Source: Eledone cirrhosa (lineage: Eukaryota). Taken from it: a stretch of DNA of 64,000 nucleotides. The stretch covers positions 43,214,001-43,278,000 of the forward strand of contig OZ024756.1 in the NCBI GenBank assembly GCA_964016885.1. The letters run 5' to 3'. Below are positions 57,571-64,000 of this stretch, piece after piece. The notes under the pieces were generated by a model. The model was not told the DNA's origin and made no database searches. It was given only the letters and a program-made list of their open reading frames with translations. How positions within the stretch are numbered: the first letter of the stretch is position 1; each line of letters starts with the position of its first letter. Position numbers and translations under genes: made by a program.

Positions 57571-57885
57571 TTTTATCTTTAATGTAGACTACAAAGTCAA
57601 GTTTCATTTTCAATACTGAACAGGTGATGGCTATATCGGGGTAGTCTGCAATTGTTACGTTGTAGTCAAACTGTGACTCTAATGAAACATAACAGTTGTT
57701 AGTTTTTGGAACATTCACAGTTTCTCGACTGACTTCTGTTTCGTTACTTCCATGTGTTACACTCCATTTAAACAGGACAATCTCTTCAGAATTTGGGACA
57801 AAATTTAAATGACATCTGAAGGTAGATATCTGGTTAATTTTGTGGTTCTTAGTGTCAGACGTCAGATCTTTCATATAAGATTTAG
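57571..57885 (-). CDS. Gene 1 C-type immunoglobulin domain exon (copy B'), 315 bp, phase 1-1
   Basis: Acceptor ttttatattttCAG at 57888-57886 and donor GTAAGC at 57570-57565. Reads KSYMKDLTSD...FRCHLNF...FKWSV...NNCYVSLES...AITCSVLKMKLDFVVYIKDK. Confidence 0.87.
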
Positions 57886-57914
57886 CTGAAAATATAAAAT
57901 GTAAAATAAATAAT

Positions 57915-58092
57915 TGTTTCTACTTTTTGGCACAAGGCCAGCAATTACGCAGTGCCTTACTGGTACTTTATTTTATCGACCCCATAAGGATGAAAGGCAA
58001 AGTTAACCTCGGCGGGATTTGAACTCAGAATGGCAAGGGTCGTAACTCTATGCGTCAAAGCATGGCGTCCAACCCTCTACCGATACTGCCTA
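57915..58092 (-). mobile_element. tRNA-derived SINE with 13-bp target-site duplication
   Basis: TAAAATAAATAAT at 57902-57914 and 58093-58105. Single empty site in the paralog at ~29767-29779. Confidence 0.92.
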
Positions 58093-58189
58093 TAAAATAA
58101 ATAATGAAATGAAATCTTGGCTGGTTTCATTGATACAAACAACCAAAATGTTGAATGGGGACGTTGCTTCTGATAGGACACTCTGGAAG

Positions 58190-59640
58190 GCATGTGTGAG
58201 GACTCTGCCCTAACAATACTCTCATGTTGAGGAAGAGAAGAAAATCACCCAAATATTTTGTGACACAGAAGCAGGGTAAATGTAATGAGGAACAAGATCT
58301 ATATGACAATAACTACACACCCACTAATGACACTCAATCCAACAAAGGGATCATCTGTACAACTCAGCTGTGACATAGTAAGACAATTAAGGATACAAAG
58401 ACAGACAAATCAAGTGGACTACCGGGCTTAGTTGTTGAGATGCTGAAAGCATCTTGGATGGTAGGTCACATCATAATGAACTGTATCATAAACCAAGTAA
58501 TACAAAGTAATGTCATACCCAATGACTGGTGTAGCTGGAGCATTGACAACTACTACATAAGCAAAGGAGGGGCTGTAGACAGAGAACAATATAGAGGTAA
58601 CAAGTTGAGGAACCAGGTCATGAAACTTACAGAAAGAGTTATCATGTAGCTGATTATGGACCAAATTAACCCAAAGGGGATACAGTTCAGATTTATGCCA
58701 GGTAAACATACCACAAATGTCCTCTTCCTTGTGAGGCAAATGCAGGTAAAGTACCTAGCTAAACATAAGCCCCTCTACATGGCATTTGTTGATCTGAATA
58801 AAGTATTTTACAAAGTCTCCCATTCCATAATCTGGTGGGCTGTTAGAAAACTAGGGGTAAATGAGAGATTTCTGAAGGTGGTATAAGCCATGTATTCACA
58901 ATTATTATAGTGAGGAATTTAGTGTGTAAATGTGGGTTCTTCAAGGGTCTGTTCATAGACCTCTCCTCGTTTATTATTATCTTGCAGGCTATAACAGAAT
59001 AGTAGTAGACTGGCTGCCCATGGGAAAGCCTATATGCTGATTATCTAACTCTCATTACCTGAAATTATAGCAGAAATAGAGTACAAATTCATGCTCTAGA
59101 AGTAAAAGGTCATAAAGTCAAACTAAACAAAGACTAACTTACTAGTAATTAGAAAGGAAAGCCTAAAATGTTAGTAATTAGAAAGGAAAACAAGGTCCTG
59201 ATAGCTGTGGGGAGTAGTCTTGTTTAATGTACAGGAGATGAATGAGTAGAAATTCTATCCTGTGTTCCAAATGATGACTATAGGTATACAAGTGATGTAA
59301 TATGATCTCAGACAGCCTAACAAAATGTAGGTTTTATAAGTGGTTGATAAATAGGAGCAGTTAACAATAAAAACTCAACGGAAAACAGGCTCTATTAGAT
59401 AGTCAAAGGACTCCATAGAAGTATTTGATAGCTTCTGTTACCTGCATGTGTTTCATGGCTGTGCAATAATAGTGTGCATGCAGGGCAGAGCATCAATGAA
59501 CTGTGAGAAAACTGGGTATATACGGTGCAGGTACAGTGTAGAGGAGAGGATATTGCAGTGGTATGGACAGGTAAAGTGCATAGTGGCTGACAGCTGTGAA
59601 AAATGTGCAGGGTGCTCAAAGTTGATGGAAGTTATGGAAG
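58190..59640 (+). mobile_element. Degenerate RTE-clade LINE relic (paralog of 29860-31260)
   Basis: FRFMPGKHTTNVLFLVRQMQVKYLAKHKPLYMAFVDL. Colinear with the first copy and shares its lesions, so it was duplicated with the gene rather than transposed separately. Confidence 0.85.
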
Positions 59641-59750
59641 AGGAAATCTTAGGATGAAGTGATAAAAGCTAACCTTGGACATTTATAACTCTGAAAGGAA
59701 ATGAAGCAGGATCAACATCTCTGTCGTAGCAGAAGACCTACCTTACAATT

Positions 59751-62700
59751 ACACACACTAGAGACAGACATTGGACACACACACTAGTGACAGACATTGG
59801 ACACACACTGGAGACATACATTGGACACACACACTAGTGACAGACATTGGACACACACTAGAGACAGACATTGGACACACACTAGAGACATACATTGGAC
59901 ACATACTAGAGACAGACATTGAACACACACTAGAGAGAGAAATTGGACATACACTAGAGAGAGACATTGGACACACACTAGACAGACATTGGACACACAC
60001 CAGAGACAGACATTAGACACATACTAGAGACAGACATTAGACACACTAGAGCCAGACATTGGACACACACTAGAGACAGACATTGGACACACACTAGATA
60101 CAGACATTGGACACACACTAGAGACAGACGTTGGATACGCACTAGATACAGGCATTGGACACACACTAGAGATAGACATTGGACACACACTAGAGACAGA
60201 CATTGGACACACACTAGATACAGACATTGGACACACACTAGAGACAGACATTGGACACACACTAGATACAGACATTGGACACACACTAGAGATAGACGTT
60301 GGACACACACTAGAGACAGACATTGGAGACACACTAGAGAAAGACATTGGACACACACTGGAGACAGACATTGGACACACACTAGAGACAGACATTGGAC
60401 ACACACTAGAGAGAGACATTGCACACACACTAGAGTCAGACATTGGATACACACTAGAGACAGACATTGGACACACACTAGAGAGAGAAATTGGACACAC
60501 ACTAGAGAGAGACATTGCACACACACTAGAGTCAGACATTGGATACACACTAGAGACAGACATTGGACACACACTAGAGACAGACATTGGAGACGCACAC
60601 TAGATACAGACATTGGACACACACTAGAGACAGACATTGGACACACACTAGAGACAGACATTGGACACACACTAGAGACAGACATTGGACACACACTAGA
60701 GACAGACATTGGACACACACTAGATACAGACATTGGACACACACTAGAGACAGACATTGGACACACACTAGATACAGACATTGGACACACACTAGAGATA
60801 GACATTGGACACACACTAGAGACAGACATTGGACACATACTAAATACAGACATTGGACACACACTAGAGACAGACATTGGACACACACACTAGACAGACA
60901 TTGGACACACACTAGAGACAGACGTTGGAAACACACTAGAGACAGACATTGGATACACACACTAGAGACAGACATTGGACACACACTAGAGACAGACATT
61001 GGAGACACACACTAGATACAGACATTGGACACACACTAGAGACAGACATTGGACACACACTAGATACAGACATTGGACACACACTAGAGATAGACATTGG
61101 ACACACACTAGAGACAGACATTGGACACACACTAGATACAGACATTGGACACACACTAGAGACAGACATTGGACACACAGACTAGAGACAGACATTGGAC
61201 ACACACTAGAGACAGACATTGGACACACACTAGATACAGACATTGGACACACACTAGAGATAGACATTGGACACACACTAGAGACAGACATTGGATACAC
61301 ACACTAAAGACAGACATTGGACACACTAGAGACAGACATTGGAGACACACACTAGATACAGACATTGGACACGCACTAGAGATAGACATTGGACACACAC
61401 TAAAGACAGACATTGGACACACACTAGATACAGACATTGGACACACACTAGAGACAGACATTGGACACACACACTAGACAGACATTGGACACACACTAGA
61501 GACAGATATTGGAAACACACTAGAGACAGACTTGGACACACACACTAGAGACAGGCATTGGACACACACTAGAGACAGACATTGGACACACACTAGAGAC
61601 AGACATTGGACACACACTAGAGACAGACATTGGAGACACACACTAGATACAGACATTGGACACACACTAGAGACAGACATTGGACACACACACTAGATAC
61701 AGACATTGGACACACACTAGAGATAGACATTGGACACACACTAGAGACAGACATTGGACACACACTAGAGATAGACATTGGACACACACTAGAGACAGAC
61801 ATTGGACACACACTAGAGACAGACATTGGAGACACACACTAGAGACAGACATTGGAAACACACTAGAGACAGACATTGGACACACACTAGATACAGACAT
61901 TGGACACACATTAGAGATAGACATTGGACACACACAAGAGACAGACATTGGACACACACTAGAGACAGACATTGGACACACACTAGAGACAGACATTGGA
62001 CACACACTAGAGACAGACATTGGACACACACTAGAGAGAGACATTGCACACACACAAGAGCACAGACATTGGACACCCACTGGAGACAGACATTGGACAC
62101 ACACTAGAGACAGACATTGGACACACACTAGAGAAAGACATTGGACACACACTAGAGACAGACATTGGACACACATTAGAGACAGACATTGGACACACAC
62201 ACTAGAGACAGAGATTGGACACCCACTAGAGACAGACATTGGAGACACACACTAGAGACAGTCATTGGACACACACTAGAGATAGATATTGTATACATTA
62301 GAGACAGACATTGGACAAACACTAGAGACAAACATTGGACACACTAGAGACAGTCATTGGACACACACTAGAGACAGACATTGGACACACACTAGAGACA
62401 GACATTGGAAACACACTAGAGACAGACATTGGACACACACTAGAGACAGGCATTGGACACACACTAGAGACAGACATTAGACACACACTAGAGACAGACA
62501 TTGGACACACACACTAGAGACAGACATTGGACACACACTAGAGACAGACATTAGACATACACACTAGAAACAGACATTGGACACTCACTAGAGACAGACA
62601 TTAGACACACACTAGAGACAGACATTAGACACACACACTAGAGACAGACATTGGACACACACTAGAGACAGACATTAGACATACACACTAGAAACAGACA

Positions 62701-64000
62701 TTGGACACACACTAGAGACAGACATTGGACACACACTAGAGACAGACATTAGACACACGCTAGAGACAGACGTGGGACACACACACTAGAGACAGACAAT
62801 GTACACACACTAGAGACAGACATTGTACACATACTAGAGACAGACATTGGACACACACACTAGAGACAGACGTTTAGAGACACATTAGAGACAGATATTA
62901 GACACACGCTAGAGACAGACATTGGACACACACACTAGAGACAGACATTGGACACACACTAGAGACTGACATTGGACACACACACTAGAGAGACATTGGA
63001 GACACACTAGAGACAGGCATTGGACACACACTAGAGATAGACATTGGACACACACTAGAGACACACATTGGACACACACTATAGACAGACATTGGACACA
63101 CATTTTAGACAGACATTAGACACGCACTAGAGACACATTGGACACACACTAGAGACAGACATTGGACACACACTAGAGAGAGACATTAGACACACAGTAG
63201 AGACAGACATTGGACAGACACTAGAGACAGACATTGGACATACACTAAAGACAGACATTAGACACACACTAGAGACATAAATTGGACACACACACTAGAG
63301 ACAGACATTGGACACACACTAGAGACAGACATTGGACACATATTAGAGACTGACATTGGACACACACTAGAGACAGACATTGGACACACACTAGAGACAG
63401 ACATTGGACACACACTAGAGACAGACATTGGACACACATTCGAGACAGATATTGGACACACATTAGAGACAGACATTGGACACACACTAGAGAGAGAAAT
63501 TGGACACACACTAGAGAGAGACATTGCACACACACAAGAGCACAGACATTGGACACACACTAGAGACAGACATTGGACACACACTAGAGACAGACATTGG
63601 ACACACACTAGAGACAGACATTGGACACACACTAGAGACAGACATTGGAGACACACACTAGATACAGACATTGGACACACACTAGAGACAGACATTGGAC
63701 ACACACCAGATACAGACATTGGACACACACTAGAGATAGACATTGGACACACACTAGAGACAGACATTGGACACATACTAAATACAGACATTGGACACAC
63801 ACTAGAGACAGACATTGGACACACACACTAGACAGACATTGGACACACACTAGAGACAGACATTGGAAACACACTAGAGACAGACATTGGATACACACAC
63901 TAGAGACAGACATTGGACACACACTAGAGACAGACATTGGAGACACACACTAGATACAGACATTGGACACACACTAGAGACAGACATTGGACACACACTA
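59751..64000. repeat. 24-bp satellite array 3, in the intron upstream of the gene 1 C exon; continues beyond the right edge
   Basis: Same monomer and orientation, enriched in the CTAGATACAG variant. Internal duplication offset ~3058 bp (60574 vs 63632). Confidence 0.99.

Overview
Eukaryotic, repeat-dominated genomic DNA. The SINE and RTE repertoire suggests an octopus or other coleoid cephalopod (inference from memory of those repeats, not a search). About 43 kb is a 24-bp satellite (CTAGAGACAGACATTGGACACACA) in three arrays (1-26823 with a 200-N gap, 31362-43584, 59751-64000). Nearly all ORFs in the track are artefacts of this repeat. Between the arrays, on the minus strand, lies a tandem cluster of spliced immunoglobulin-superfamily receptor genes. 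Gene 1 (3' half only) has a C-type Ig exon (57885-57571), a TM exon (56303-56189), two micro-exons and a stop. Gene 2 has a signal-peptide exon (47165-47045), then V-like Ig (44898-44533), C-type Ig (29740-29426) and V-like Ig (28098-27772), and continues past the window edge. All Ig exons are phase 1-1 with GT-AG sites. Each satellite array sits at the V-to-C intron position, and an antisense RTE relic adjoins both arrays whose C-exon end is in the window. Paralogous Ig exons differ almost only by amino-acid-changing substitutions, clustered in CDR-like loops in the V exons. A chimeric intron at ~28290 records the rearrangement that made the V-C-V architecture. Also present: tRNA-derived SINEs, stacked non-autonomous Helitrons, a MITE and two Penelope-type hammerhead ribozyme motifs.
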